Below, one piece after another: positions 1 to 8,124 of a DNA stretch of 45,742 nt. Location: contig JBBRLJ010000042.1 in NCBI GenBank assembly GCA_038231435.1, positions 1 to 45,742 on the forward strand, given 5' to 3'. Position 1 is the stretch's first letter, and the number at the start of each line of letters is the position of its first letter. Position numbers and translations under genes: made by a program. Below the pieces are notes generated by a model. That model did not search any database, was not told the origin of the DNA, and saw only the letters and a list, made by a program, of their open reading frames with translations. The stretch is from Planctomycetota bacterium (GTDB lineage Bacteria; Planctomycetota; UBA11346).

Positions 1-70
1 CAGGCTTCCCGGCCTCCGCCTCCTTCAGCACCTTGATGATCTGCTCCTCGGTGAAGCGCTTGCCCTTCAT
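1..70 (-). CDS. IS3-family transposase OrfA, N-terminal fragment (partial)
   Basis: Manual translation MKGKRFTEEQIIKVLKEAEAGKP matches the MKKxRFTEEQIIxxLKEAEAG N-terminus of IS3/IS407 OrfA. Not in the ORF track. Confidence 0.9.
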   Translation of the reverse strand, partial: MKGKRFTEEQIIKVLKEAEAGKP

Positions 71-141
71 GGGGTCTCCTGCCTTTTTCGTAAGGGCAGT
101 TTCTCTCAAGCCAAGTGGTCCGATTTACCGTGGTCACGTCA
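1..141 (-). mobile_element. Left end of an IS3-family (IS407-like) insertion sequence; continues beyond the window start
   Basis: Minus strand from 141 reads TGACGTGACCACGGTAAATCGGACCA (5'-TG terminus typical of IS3-family IRL), then AGGAG SD and an ATG at 70 encoding MKGKRFTEEQIIKVLKEAEAG. The right IR and target duplication are outside the window. Confidence 0.85.
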
Positions 142-142
142 G

Positions 143-161
143 GGTAATGAGAATCAAGAAC
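143..161. promoter_or_regulatory. Possible Fur-box-like site abutting the IS end
   Basis: GGTAATGAGAATCAAGAAC matches GATAATGATAATCATTATC at 14/19 positions and shares TGAGAATC with the feoA box; the right half is weak. Confidence 0.25.
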
Positions 162-245
162 GGGCGCTCGACTCTCTTCACGGGAATGGGAGCTTTTCGT
201 TGAGTTTTCCGCAGTCGGGCGCGGCGACGACAGTGCGCTGACCAC

Positions 246-1151
246 CTATCCCGGCAACTCCTCAATCCTCACCGCCCCAGCCAGCACCTCCTCGGCGAAG
301 TAGCTCGAGCGCACGTACGGACCTGACGCCACGTAGCGGAAGCCGGCATTCTTGCCCCAGGCCTTGTAGATCTCGAACTGCTCGGGCGTGACGAAGCGGA
401 TGATGTCGTGGTGCTCGAGGCTCGGGCGCAGGTATTGGCCGACGGTGAAGATGTCGACGCCGTGCGCGACCAGGTCGTCCATCAGCCAGCGCACCTCGTC
501 GTCGGTCTCGCCGAGGCCGACCATGATCCCTGATTTCGTCCACACCTGCGGCTCGGCCGCCTTCACGCGCTTGAGCAACTCGAGCGAGCGCTTGTAGCGC
601 GCCTGCGGGCGCACCGTGGGATAGAGCCGGGCGATGGTCTCGAGGTTGTGGTTGTAGACCGTAGGGCGCGCCGCCGCGACCAGGCCAACTGCCGTCCAAT
701 CGCCGCAGAAATCCGGGGTCAGTACTTCGATCATCAGCTTGGGATCGCGTGCGCGCAGCGCCTCGATGGTGGCCACGAAATGCGCGGCGCCGCCGCCCGG
801 CAGGTCGTCGCGGTTGACCGAGGTCAGCACCACGAAGGCCAAGCCGAGTTCGCCGACCGCCGTGGCGAGCCGTTCCGGCTCGGTGGCGTCGAGGGGTTTT
901 GGGGTCTTGGCGTACTTGACGTCGCAGAAGGTGCAGGTGCGGGTGCAGGTGTCGCCCATCAGCATGAAGGTGGCCACGCGCTTCGACCAGCACTCCTGGC
1001 GGTTCGGACAGGTGGCCTCCTCGCAGACCGTCACCAGGCCGTGCTTGCGCAGGACCTCGTCGGTATAGCCGCTCTCGGTATGCGCAGGCAGGCTGCGTTT
1101 GAACCAGGCGGGCAGGCGCTGGCGGGTCGGGCTGATGGGGACGGTCGGCAT
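246..1151 (-). CDS. lipA: Lipoyl synthase
   Basis: CEEATCPNRQEC auxiliary-cluster motif, CTRTCTFC radical SAM motif, C-terminal RSSY. Start reassigned to ATG 1151 (MPTVPISPTRQRLPAWFK) because the longer ORF overlaps obgE. Confidence 0.96.
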   Translation of the reverse strand: MPTVPISPTRQRLPAWFKRSLPAHTESGYTDEVLRKHGLVTVCEEATCPNRQECWSKRVATFMLMGDTCTRTCTFCDVKYAKTPKPLDATEPERLATAVGELGLAFVVLTSVNRDDLPGGGAAHFVATIEALRARDPKLMIEVLTPDFCGDWTAVGLVAAARPTVYNHNLETIARLYPTVRPQARYKRSLELLKRVKAAEPQVWTKSGIMVGLGETDDEVRWLMDDLVAHGVDIFTVGQYLRPSLEHHDIIRFVTPEQFEIYKAWGKNAGFRYVASGPYVRSSYFAEEVLAGAVRIEELPG

Positions 1152-1341
1152 GGATGCTCGAGGTGGTTTCGCCGAGTGTGGGGGGCGGGATGCCCTGACC
1201 AGCGGCGCTCGGGAGTGGTGGTGGTGCTTGCGTAAATGCCTGTAGAGTGCCCATCCCTCCAGCGGCGGGCCTCGCTCCACAGGCCCCCACGGCCTTCCGG
1301 CCGCCGCCATCCGCAAGACCGAGAACGACGAGCCCCGAACC

Positions 1342-2337
1342 ATGCTGCGCGACGAAGCCGAAATCCTGGTGAAATCCGGCAATGGAGGCAGCGGCGCGCT
1401 GTCCTTCATGCGCGAGAAGTACATTCCCGAGGGTGGGCCAGACGGCGGCGACGGCGGCAAGGGCGGCGACGTGGTGTTCGAAGCCACGCTGCACATGAAC
1501 ACGCTGTCCAACTTCATGCGCCGGCGACACTACAAGGCGCCCAGCGGCAACCCCGGCATGGGCGACAACTGTTCGGGCAAGAGCGGCGAGGACCTGGTGC
1601 TCAAGGTGCCCTGCGGAACGATCGTGCGCCTCAAGGAGACGCGCGAGATCCTCGCCGATCTGATCGAGCCCGGGCAGCGCGTGATCGTCGCCGCCGGTGG
1701 CAAGGGCGGCAAGGGCAACTCGCGTTTCAAGAGCGCCACCAACCAGACCCCACGCCAGTTCGGGCCCGGCGCCACCGGGCTCGAGATGCGGCTGCTGCTC
1801 GAGCTCAAGCTGATCGCCGACGTCGGCATCATCGGCTTCCCCAACGCCGGCAAGAGCACGCTGCTGTCGCGCATGTCCAAGGCGCGGCCCAAGGTAGCGG
1901 CTTACCCGTTCACCACGCTCGAGCCCCAGCTGGGCGTGATCGAGCGCTCGGACCGCACCCTGGTGCTCGCCGACATCCCCGGACTGATCGAGGGCGCCGC
2001 CGAGGGCAAGGGTCTCGGCCACCAGTTCCTGCGCCACGTCGAGCGCTGTCCGCTGCTCGTCCACCTGGTCGACGGCTCCGAGGGTGATGTCGAGACCCTC
2101 GCGAGTCAGGTCGGCGTGCTCAACGCCGAGCTGCGCCGCTTCAGCGACCTGCTCGCCTCCAAGCGCCAGCTGGTGGTGCTGAACAAGGCCGATACCAGGC
2201 CCGAGCTGCACGGACTGGCCCAAGAGCTCGCCAAGGTCCTCGATCGCGAAGTGATGGTCATCTCGGGGGTCAGCGGCGATGGCATTCCCCAGCTCGAGAA
2301 CCGCCTGCTGACGCTGGTTCCCGCCTTGCCGCATTGA
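1342..2337 (+). CDS. obgE: GTPase ObgE/CgtA
   Basis: Gly-rich Obg fold (GGPDGGDGGKGG), GFPNAGKST, YPFTT, DIPG, NKAD. Confidence 0.97.
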   Translation: MLRDEAEILVKSGNGGSGALSFMREKYIPEGGPDGGDGGKGGDVVFEATLHMNTLSNFMRRRHYKAPSGNPGMGDNCSGKSGEDLVLKVPCGTIVRLKETREILADLIEPGQRVIVAAGGKGGKGNSRFKSATNQTPRQFGPGATGLEMRLLLELKLIADVGIIGFPNAGKSTLLSRMSKARPKVAAYPFTTLEPQLGVIERSDRTLVLADIPGLIEGAAEGKGLGHQFLRHVERCPLLVHLVDGSEGDVETLASQVGVLNAELRRFSDLLASKRQLVVLNKADTRPELHGLAQELAKVLDREVMVISGVSGDGIPQLENRLLTLVPALPH

Positions 2338-2541
2338 ATCCGGGTGCGTCGCGCCGGTCCGGATCCTGTGGTATACCTGTACGTGGCAGAGCCTTCCGCT
2401 ATGCTGGCCCTCGCTCATCCGGCGCGCGCTGGCAGTCCGGCGGTGCGCGTCATCAGGGCTTCCAGGCTTCGCTCTGCTCGCGGCTGACCTCGACTACACC
2501 TTCGACATCAATTTCGACCTCGACACGGATACGGGACAGCG

Positions 2542-3648
2542 ATGAACATCAAAGAAATCCTCATGGCGATGATCCAGCTGAGGTCGTCCGACCTGTTCCT
2601 GAAGGTCGGCAGCCCGCCCCGCGCGCGCGTCGACGGAGGCGTGCGCCAACTCGGCAACACCTCGCTGAGCAAGGACGACATGCGCGATGCCTTCCTGCTG
2701 GTGGTCGACGAGCACAGCCGCGAGACCTTCAAGAAGACCCATGAGGTCGACACCGCCTTCGAAGACCCGGATATCGGCCGCTTCCGCGTCAACGCCTTCA
2801 TGCAGCGCGGCCAGATCGGCATCGTCCTGCGCCATGTGCGCAGCGACATCCCCGACTTCGCGACGCTCGGCCTGCCGCAGCAGACCTTCGAGCGGCTCGC
2901 GCACCTGCGCCGCGGCCTGGTTCTGGTCACCGGCATCACCGGCTCGGGCAAGAGCACCACGCTGGCGGCGATGATCCAGCACATGAATGCGACCACCAAT
3001 CGCCACATCATCACCGTCGAGGACCCGATCGAGTACAGCTACCGCGACGACCGCTGCATCATCAACCAGCGCGAGGTCGGCATCGACACCCGCGACTTCA
3101 AGAGCGCGCTGCGCAACGCCATGCGCGAAGCGCCGGACGTGATCCTGATCGGTGAGATGCGCGATGTCGAAACCGTGCAGGCGGCGATCGACGCGGCCGA
3201 GACCGGCCATCTGGTGCTGTCGACGCTGCACACCATCAATGCGCAGCAGACCATGGAGCGCATCATCAACTTCTTCCCGCCATACCAGCACGCGCTCATC
3301 CGCATGCAGATGGCGATGGTCTTCCAGGCGGTGGTGAGCCAGCGCCTGATTCCGCGCAAGGATGGCAAGCCCGGCCGCGTGCCCGGCCTCGAGATCATGG
3401 TCGCCACCCCAACCATCAAGCAGATGATCGAGGAAGGCCGCACCCCGGAGCTGTACACCGCCATCCGCGACAGCGAGCACTTCGGCTGCATCACCTTCAA
3501 CCAGAGCCTGTTCAAGCTCTGCGAGAGCGGGATGATCAGTCGCGAGGACGCGCTCGCGACGTCCGACAATCCGGACGAGATGGAGATGCTCTTCCGCGGT
3601 ATCCAGCGCGGATCCTCGACCTCGGCCATGCCCGCCGTCAAACGCTAG
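2542..3648 (+). CDS. PilT/PilU-family type IV pilus retraction ATPase
   Basis: Walker A GITGSGKST, EDPIE, Walker B ILIGEMRD, His box TGHLVLSTLH. The PilT AIRNLIRE motif reads TIKQMIEE, suggesting a PilU/PilT2-like paralogue. Confidence 0.92.
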   Translation: MNIKEILMAMIQLRSSDLFLKVGSPPRARVDGGVRQLGNTSLSKDDMRDAFLLVVDEHSRETFKKTHEVDTAFEDPDIGRFRVNAFMQRGQIGIVLRHVRSDIPDFATLGLPQQTFERLAHLRRGLVLVTGITGSGKSTTLAAMIQHMNATTNRHIITVEDPIEYSYRDDRCIINQREVGIDTRDFKSALRNAMREAPDVILIGEMRDVETVQAAIDAAETGHLVLSTLHTINAQQTMERIINFFPPYQHALIRMQMAMVFQAVVSQRLIPRKDGKPGRVPGLEIMVATPTIKQMIEEGRTPELYTAIRDSEHFGCITFNQSLFKLCESGMISREDALATSDNPDEMEMLFRGIQRGSSTSAMPAVKR

Positions 3649-3658
3649 CCACAATCTT

Positions 3659-3874
3659 GCTGCGGTCGTTCTCGCAGGCGATGCCGGCGTTGGCTCATCG
3701 CTCGCGGTAGATGACTACCGTTTCGGAATCGCCGCCTAGGACTCACCAGCGATAACGATCCTCGCTCGCTGCGGTCGTTATCGCTGGCGATGCCGGCGTT
3801 GGCTCATCACTCGCGGTAGATGACTACCGCTTCGGAATCGCCGCCTTGGCCTCGCCAGCGATAACGATCCTCGC
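3659..3874. repeat. Two tandem copies (period 109 nt) of a long palindromic element
   Basis: Copies start at 3659 and 3768. Copy 2 has arms GGTCGTTATCGCTGGCGA / TCGCCAGCGATAACGATC and an inner hairpin GCGGTAG-ATGA-CTACCGC. Confidence 0.92.
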
Positions 3875-3890
3875 GGTCATGTTTGGGATA

Positions 3891-4015
3891 GGGCGTGGCG
3901 GGGGCTGCGCCCCTTGCCCCTGCAATCACGGAGGGCGATTGATTCGGAAACTACGTGAATCACGCGGGACGTGGTGGGGGCTGCGCCCCTTGCCCCCGCT
4001 ATTGGGGAAGGCGGA
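3891..4015. repeat. Two direct copies of a GGGGCTGCGCCCC REP-like hairpin
   Basis: GGGCGTGGCGGGGGCTGCGCCCCTTGCCCC (3891-3920) and GGGACGTGGTGGGGGCTGCGCCCCTTGCCCC (3966-3996), followed by GGGGAAGGCGG. Confidence 0.8.
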
Positions 4016-4759
4016 TCACATCGGCGGGAGAAGCATTGCGGTGATGATGTTGGTGAGCAGGCGGTCGCCGATGTCGCGGTGGCGGGGCATGTGGGTGAGG
4101 GTGTCGGCGAGGATGCGGGCGGCGCCGTGGGGGCCGTTGGCGCGGATGACGTAGTCGGCGTCCTCGATCACCCAGGTGGCGATGGTGGGGGCGTCGACTT
4201 CGCAATGGAACTGCAGGCCGTATTGGCGCTGGCCGAGGCGGAAGGCCTGGTGGGGGCAGTCGGCGCTCGAGGCGAGCAGGGTCGCTCCGGCGGGCAGGTC
4301 GAAGGTGTCGCCGTGCCAGTGCAGCATGACCTCGGTCGCGCCCAGGCCCGTGAGCGCGGGCTCGCTGCCGGCGCCATGGAATTCGATGGGCGCCCAGCCG
4401 ACTTCGAGGACCTGGCGCGGCGGCTGGCCGCGCAGGTTCGGGTGCACGCTGGCGCCGGCGGCGTGGGCGAGCAGCTGGGCACCCAGGCAGATGCCCAGGA
4501 TCGGGCGATCGACGGCGATCAGGTCGCGCAGCAAGGCGAGCTCGCTGGCGAGGAAGGGATAGCGCGGGTCGGCCACGTCGCCGACTCCCATCGGCCCGCC
4601 CATCACGATCAGCAGGTCGCCCACATCCTCGGGCCGGGGGACTGCGTCGCCCTCGTCCAGACGCAGTTCGGCCCGGCCGATGCCAAGTCGCTCGAGGACC
4701 CCGGCGATCCTCCCGCAACCTTCGAACGGGACGTGCTGGAGGACCGTGGCGCGGGGCAT
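4016..4759 (-). CDS. Type 1 glutamine amidotransferase (standalone, GMP-synthase-like GATase domain)
   Basis: LQHVPFEG, MGGPM, GICLGAQ (catalytic Cys), WHGDTF, QFHCE (His-x-Glu). Confidence 0.92.
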   Translation of the reverse strand: MPRATVLQHVPFEGCGRIAGVLERLGIGRAELRLDEGDAVPRPEDVGDLLIVMGGPMGVGDVADPRYPFLASELALLRDLIAVDRPILGICLGAQLLAHAAGASVHPNLRGQPPRQVLEVGWAPIEFHGAGSEPALTGLGATEVMLHWHGDTFDLPAGATLLASSADCPHQAFRLGQRQYGLQFHCEVDAPTIATWVIEDADYVIRANGPHGAARILADTLTHMPRHRDIGDRLLTNIITAMLLPPM

Positions 4760-4981
4760 CGTCGCACCATGCGCGCGCAGGGGGTACGGACAAGGATGCA
4801 GGGATCGGCAGGGGGCTTAGTCACACAATGCACACCGATCATCACAACCGGTCCACTTCGCTCCCGGTGTTTTCTGGCAGGATGGGGATATCCAGCTCGT
4901 AGCCCTACCCGTCTCTGCACAGTCAGGGACCGGATGGTCGCGAGGTCTCCTCCACTCACAGCCACTTAGGAAACTCTCCCC

Positions 4982-6922
4982 ATGATCAAGATCGCGATGA
5001 TCGGTGCCGGCAGCGTGGTGTTCTCCCGCAACCTCACCGGCGACATCCTCGGCATGCCCGAATTCAAGGATGCGACCATCGCGTACATGGATGTGGACAA
5101 GGAGCGCCTCGAGGTCGCCGGCAACCTCTGCCGTAAGGTCGCCAAGGCGGTCGGCGCGAACCCGACCATCGAGACCACCATGGACCGCAAGAAGGCGCTC
5201 AAGGGCGCCGACTTCGTCATCAACATGGTCCAGATCGGAGGTTTCGATTCGACGCTCGTCGACTTCGAGATTCCGCGCAAGTACAACCTCAACTTCACCA
5301 TCGCCGACACCACTGGTCCCGGCGGCTTCTTCCGCGCGCTGCGCACCTTCCCGATGCTCTCCGGCATGTGCCAGGACATGATGGAGGTCTGCCCGAAAGC
5401 GACGCTGCTGAATTATTCGAATCCGATGTCGATGAACATGCAGACGGTGTTCCGCACCAGCAACATCCGCGCGGTCGGCCTCTGCCATTCGGTGCAGGGC
5501 ACCTTCGACCAGCTGATGGGCTACATCGGCGAGAAGTCGGACCAGGTCGCGTTCACCTGCGCCGGCATCAACCACATGGCCTTCTACACCAAGATGGAGA
5601 AGGACGGCGTCGACCTCTACCCGCGCCTGTTCGCGGCGATGAACGACGCGAAGATCTACAACACCAACAAGGTCCGCTTCGAGCTGATGAAGCGCCTCGG
5701 CCACTTCATCACCGAATCGAGCGAGCATAACGCCGAGTACAACGCCTGGTTCATCCCACGCGGCAAGGAGACCATCGACCGCTTCGGCGTGCCGATCGAC
5801 GAGTACCTGCGCCGCTGTGACGGCATCGTCGATGAGTTCGAGCGCCTGCGCGTGTTCAGCCGCTCGAAGGAGGAGATGAAGACGGTCTGCCGCAGCCACG
5901 AATACGGCTCGACCATCATCCACTCGATCGTCACCGGCACGCCGTCGGTCATCTACGGCAACATGCCCAACAACGGCCTGATCGACAACCTGCCCAAGAC
6001 CGCGATCGTCGAGGGTCCGACCCTGGTCGATCGCACCGGCCTGCACTTCGCGCACGTCGGCGAGTTGCCCCCGCAGCTGGTCGGTTACATGCAGAACCAC
6101 ATCACCCAGCACGAGCTGTTCATCCGCGCCGCGATGGAAGGCCGCCGCGACCACGTCTACCAGGCATGCATGTTCGATCCGCTGACCGCCGCGACCATGT
6201 CGCTTGACCAGATTGTCGAGATGTGCGACGAGCTGATCGCCGCGCACGGCGATGCGCTGCCGAAGCTGAACGCCAAGACGCTGGTGCCGACCAGCGGCAA
6301 GAAGTTCCCGAAGGTCGATCCCAAGACCCTGCGCAAGAGCTGGGATCTCGCCCACGCCGCTGCCAAGAAGCTCAAGGCGGAAGCGACCAAGCACTACATC
6401 AAGGAATGGCAGGTGCTCGGCGCCTTCCCGGCCGCCAAGGAAGGCTTCATCAATCTGAATGAGAAGTTCCAGGTCGAGGCCGACTTCGCCAAGCGCAAGG
6501 ACGGCTCGGTCGATCTGAAGGCCACCTATGCATCGGGCGCGCGTCAAGCCATGTCCGCGGGCGCGGGCGCGTCGAAGTCGACCACCGACAAGCTGGCCTG
6601 GAAGAAGGTGACCGCCAACAACGGGCACGTCGACTTCGACCAATGCATCGGCCGCCACGAGTACGCCGCCGCGTACGCTTACGCCGAGATCGAATCGGTG
6701 CACGCGCGTGAGGCGGTGCTGACCTGTGGTTCGGATGACGGCATCAAGATCTGGATCAACGGCGAGGTGGTGCACGAGAACGAGACCGGCCGCGGCTACC
6801 AGCCGGCCGACGACATGGCGACGGTTCGGCTCAAGGCCGGAACCAACCGGGTGTTCGTCAAGGTGGTCAACTACGTCGCGGGCTGGGGCTTTGGCGTGGG
6901 CATCCCGGCCGCGAACTTCTGA
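4982..6922 (+). CDS. melA: GH4 family NAD+/Mn2+-dependent alpha-galactosidase/alpha-glucosidase with a C-terminal PA14-like jelly-roll extension
   Basis: KIAMIGAGS Rossmann start, IADTTGPGGFFRALRT, NYSNP, GLCHSVQ, AGINH, TESSEH. About 190 extra C-terminal residues contain GSDDGIKIWING. Confidence 0.88.
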   Translation: MIKIAMIGAGSVVFSRNLTGDILGMPEFKDATIAYMDVDKERLEVAGNLCRKVAKAVGANPTIETTMDRKKALKGADFVINMVQIGGFDSTLVDFEIPRKYNLNFTIADTTGPGGFFRALRTFPMLSGMCQDMMEVCPKATLLNYSNPMSMNMQTVFRTSNIRAVGLCHSVQGTFDQLMGYIGEKSDQVAFTCAGINHMAFYTKMEKDGVDLYPRLFAAMNDAKIYNTNKVRFELMKRLGHFITESSEHNAEYNAWFIPRGKETIDRFGVPIDEYLRRCDGIVDEFERLRVFSRSKEEMKTVCRSHEYGSTIIHSIVTGTPSVIYGNMPNNGLIDNLPKTAIVEGPTLVDRTGLHFAHVGELPPQLVGYMQNHITQHELFIRAAMEGRRDHVYQACMFDPLTAATMSLDQIVEMCDELIAAHGDALPKLNAKTLVPTSGKKFPKVDPKTLRKSWDLAHAAAKKLKAEATKHYIKEWQVLGAFPAAKEGFINLNEKFQVEADFAKRKDGSVDLKATYASGARQAMSAGAGASKSTTDKLAWKKVTANNGHVDFDQCIGRHEYAAAYAYAEIESVHAREAVLTCGSDDGIKIWINGEVVHENETGRGYQPADDMATVRLKAGTNRVFVKVVNYVAGWGFGVGIPAANF

Positions 6923-6949
6923 CCGCTGATTCCAGATCACAGAGATGAG

Positions 6950-6986
6950 GACGGAGCCCAGGCTTGGCCTGGGCTCCGTCGTTTCC
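6950..6986 (+). terminator. Probable intrinsic terminator after the GH4 gene
   Basis: Perfect 14-bp stem GACGGAGCCCAGGC-TTG-GCCTGGGCTCCGTC followed by GTTTCC (short U tract). Confidence 0.7.
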
Positions 6987-7040
6987 ACCGATCCCGGTCA
7001 TGGCGCTCGCCCCGATTTCCGGACCGCCTATGATGCCGGC

Positions 7041-7904
7041 GTGACCGTCAGCACCCCGCTCTTCACCCAGCACAGCCGCGCCTGGCGCGCCAACCGCTAC
7101 GTCTACCCGGTGATCAGCCGGCGTTCGCAGGGCCTGTCCATCGGCGTGAACCTGAATCCCGACAAGGGCTGCAACTTCGACTGCGTGTACTGCAGCGTCG
7201 ATCGCACCGTGCCGGGAGGTGATCGCGAGGTCGATCTCACGGTGCTGCGCGCAGAACTTGACCAGATGCTCGGTCTGGCGGCCAGCGGCGAGCTGTTCGC
7301 CGCTGGGCAACTCGCGGCCACGCCCACTGAACTCAGGCGCGTCAATGACGTCGCCTTCAGCGGCGATGGCGAACCGACCGCGAGCGCGCATTTCGCCGCC
7401 GCCGCGCGCCTGGCCGTGGAGCTCATCGAGCGGCACGGCCTTCCAGCATGCAAGGTGGTGGTGATCACCAATGCCACGCTGCTGCACCGCCCCGAGGTCG
7501 TAGAGACGCTGGCGTTCCTCGACGCCCACCGCGGCGAGGTCTGGGGCAAGCTCGACGCCGGCACCGAGGATTACTACCAGCTCGTCGATCGCACCAAGGT
7601 GCCGCTCGCGCGCGTGCTCGATAACCTGCGCGACTGCGGACGCGCCAGGCCACTGGTGATCCAATCGCTGTTCATGCGCCTCCACGATGCGCCGCCGACG
7701 GCACAGGAGCTCGACGCCTACATCGGCCGACTGCACCGTCTGGCATCCGATGGCTGCCGGATCGCCTTGGTGCAGATCTACACCACCGCGCGCAAGACCG
7801 CCGAGGCGATGGTCACGCCGCTGAAGGACGCCGAGGTCGATGCGATCGTGGCGCGGGTGAAGGCCATCGGCCTGCAGGCGCAGGCGTTCTACGGTCCGCC
7901 CTGA
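7041..7904 (+). CDS. Radical SAM protein (Tyw1/wyosine-synthase-like, function unknown)
   Basis: YVYPVISRRSQGLSIGVNL, CNFDCVYC, FSGDGEPT, KLDAGTE. Start set at GTG 7041, downstream of the terminator and preceded by TATGAT-N6. Confidence 0.85.
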   Translation: MTVSTPLFTQHSRAWRANRYVYPVISRRSQGLSIGVNLNPDKGCNFDCVYCSVDRTVPGGDREVDLTVLRAELDQMLGLAASGELFAAGQLAATPTELRRVNDVAFSGDGEPTASAHFAAAARLAVELIERHGLPACKVVVITNATLLHRPEVVETLAFLDAHRGEVWGKLDAGTEDYYQLVDRTKVPLARVLDNLRDCGRARPLVIQSLFMRLHDAPPTAQELDAYIGRLHRLASDGCRIALVQIYTTARKTAEAMVTPLKDAEVDAIVARVKAIGLQAQAFYGPP

Positions 7905-8098
7905 CGCACGGGGCTGGCGCTGCTGGCCCTGTTGCTGCTGGTGGAGGCGACGGGGACGCTCGCCCGCGGCCGATCCTTGAGCGCGGGGCAGGTCGCGCAG
8001 CCGCAGCCGGTCTTGGTGCCGGCGAGGCTGCGGAACGCGCGCCACGCCACGAAACCCGCGCAGATCGCGATGATGGCGAAGACGATGGCGGTCTGCAT
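7889..8098 (-). CDS. FeoB-associated Cys-rich small membrane protein (69 aa)
   Basis: MQTAIVFAIIAICAGFVAWRAFRSLAGTKTGCGCATCP: TM helix, basic residues, then CxCxxC. AAGGA SD; lies directly downstream of feoB. Confidence 0.8.
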   Translation of the reverse strand: MQTAIVFAIIAICAGFVAWRAFRSLAGTKTGCGCATCPALKDRPRASVPVASTSSNRASSASPVRQGGP

Positions 8099-8124
8099 GG
8101 CGTCCTTTCGTATGGCCCGCGTGA

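Noticed and set aside
1152..1517. N-terminal extension of lipA containing a HHHH run
   Set aside because: Overlaps obgE on the opposite strand; lipA similarity starts at about 1151.
262..2418. 718-aa minus-strand ORF, and similar long ORFs at 4817-6988, 8512-10158, 8627-10558, 12002-14158, 39457-41148 and 41358-43343
   Set aside because: Antisense or off-frame shadows of well-supported genes, expected at high GC; no recognisable motifs.
3659..3874. Possible CRISPR array (also considered for 14663-14910)
   Set aside because: Only two units each, 109-129 nt long, with no unique spacers and no cas genes.
4760..4981. Possible structured RNA in the 220-nt GATase/GH4 divergent region
   Set aside because: No convincing long stems or recognisable RNA family motif found by eye; cannot be excluded without cmscan.
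6945..7040. Upstream ATG start for the radical SAM gene
   Set aside because: The extension spans the terminator hairpin; GTG 7041 fits the family N-terminus and the -10 box.
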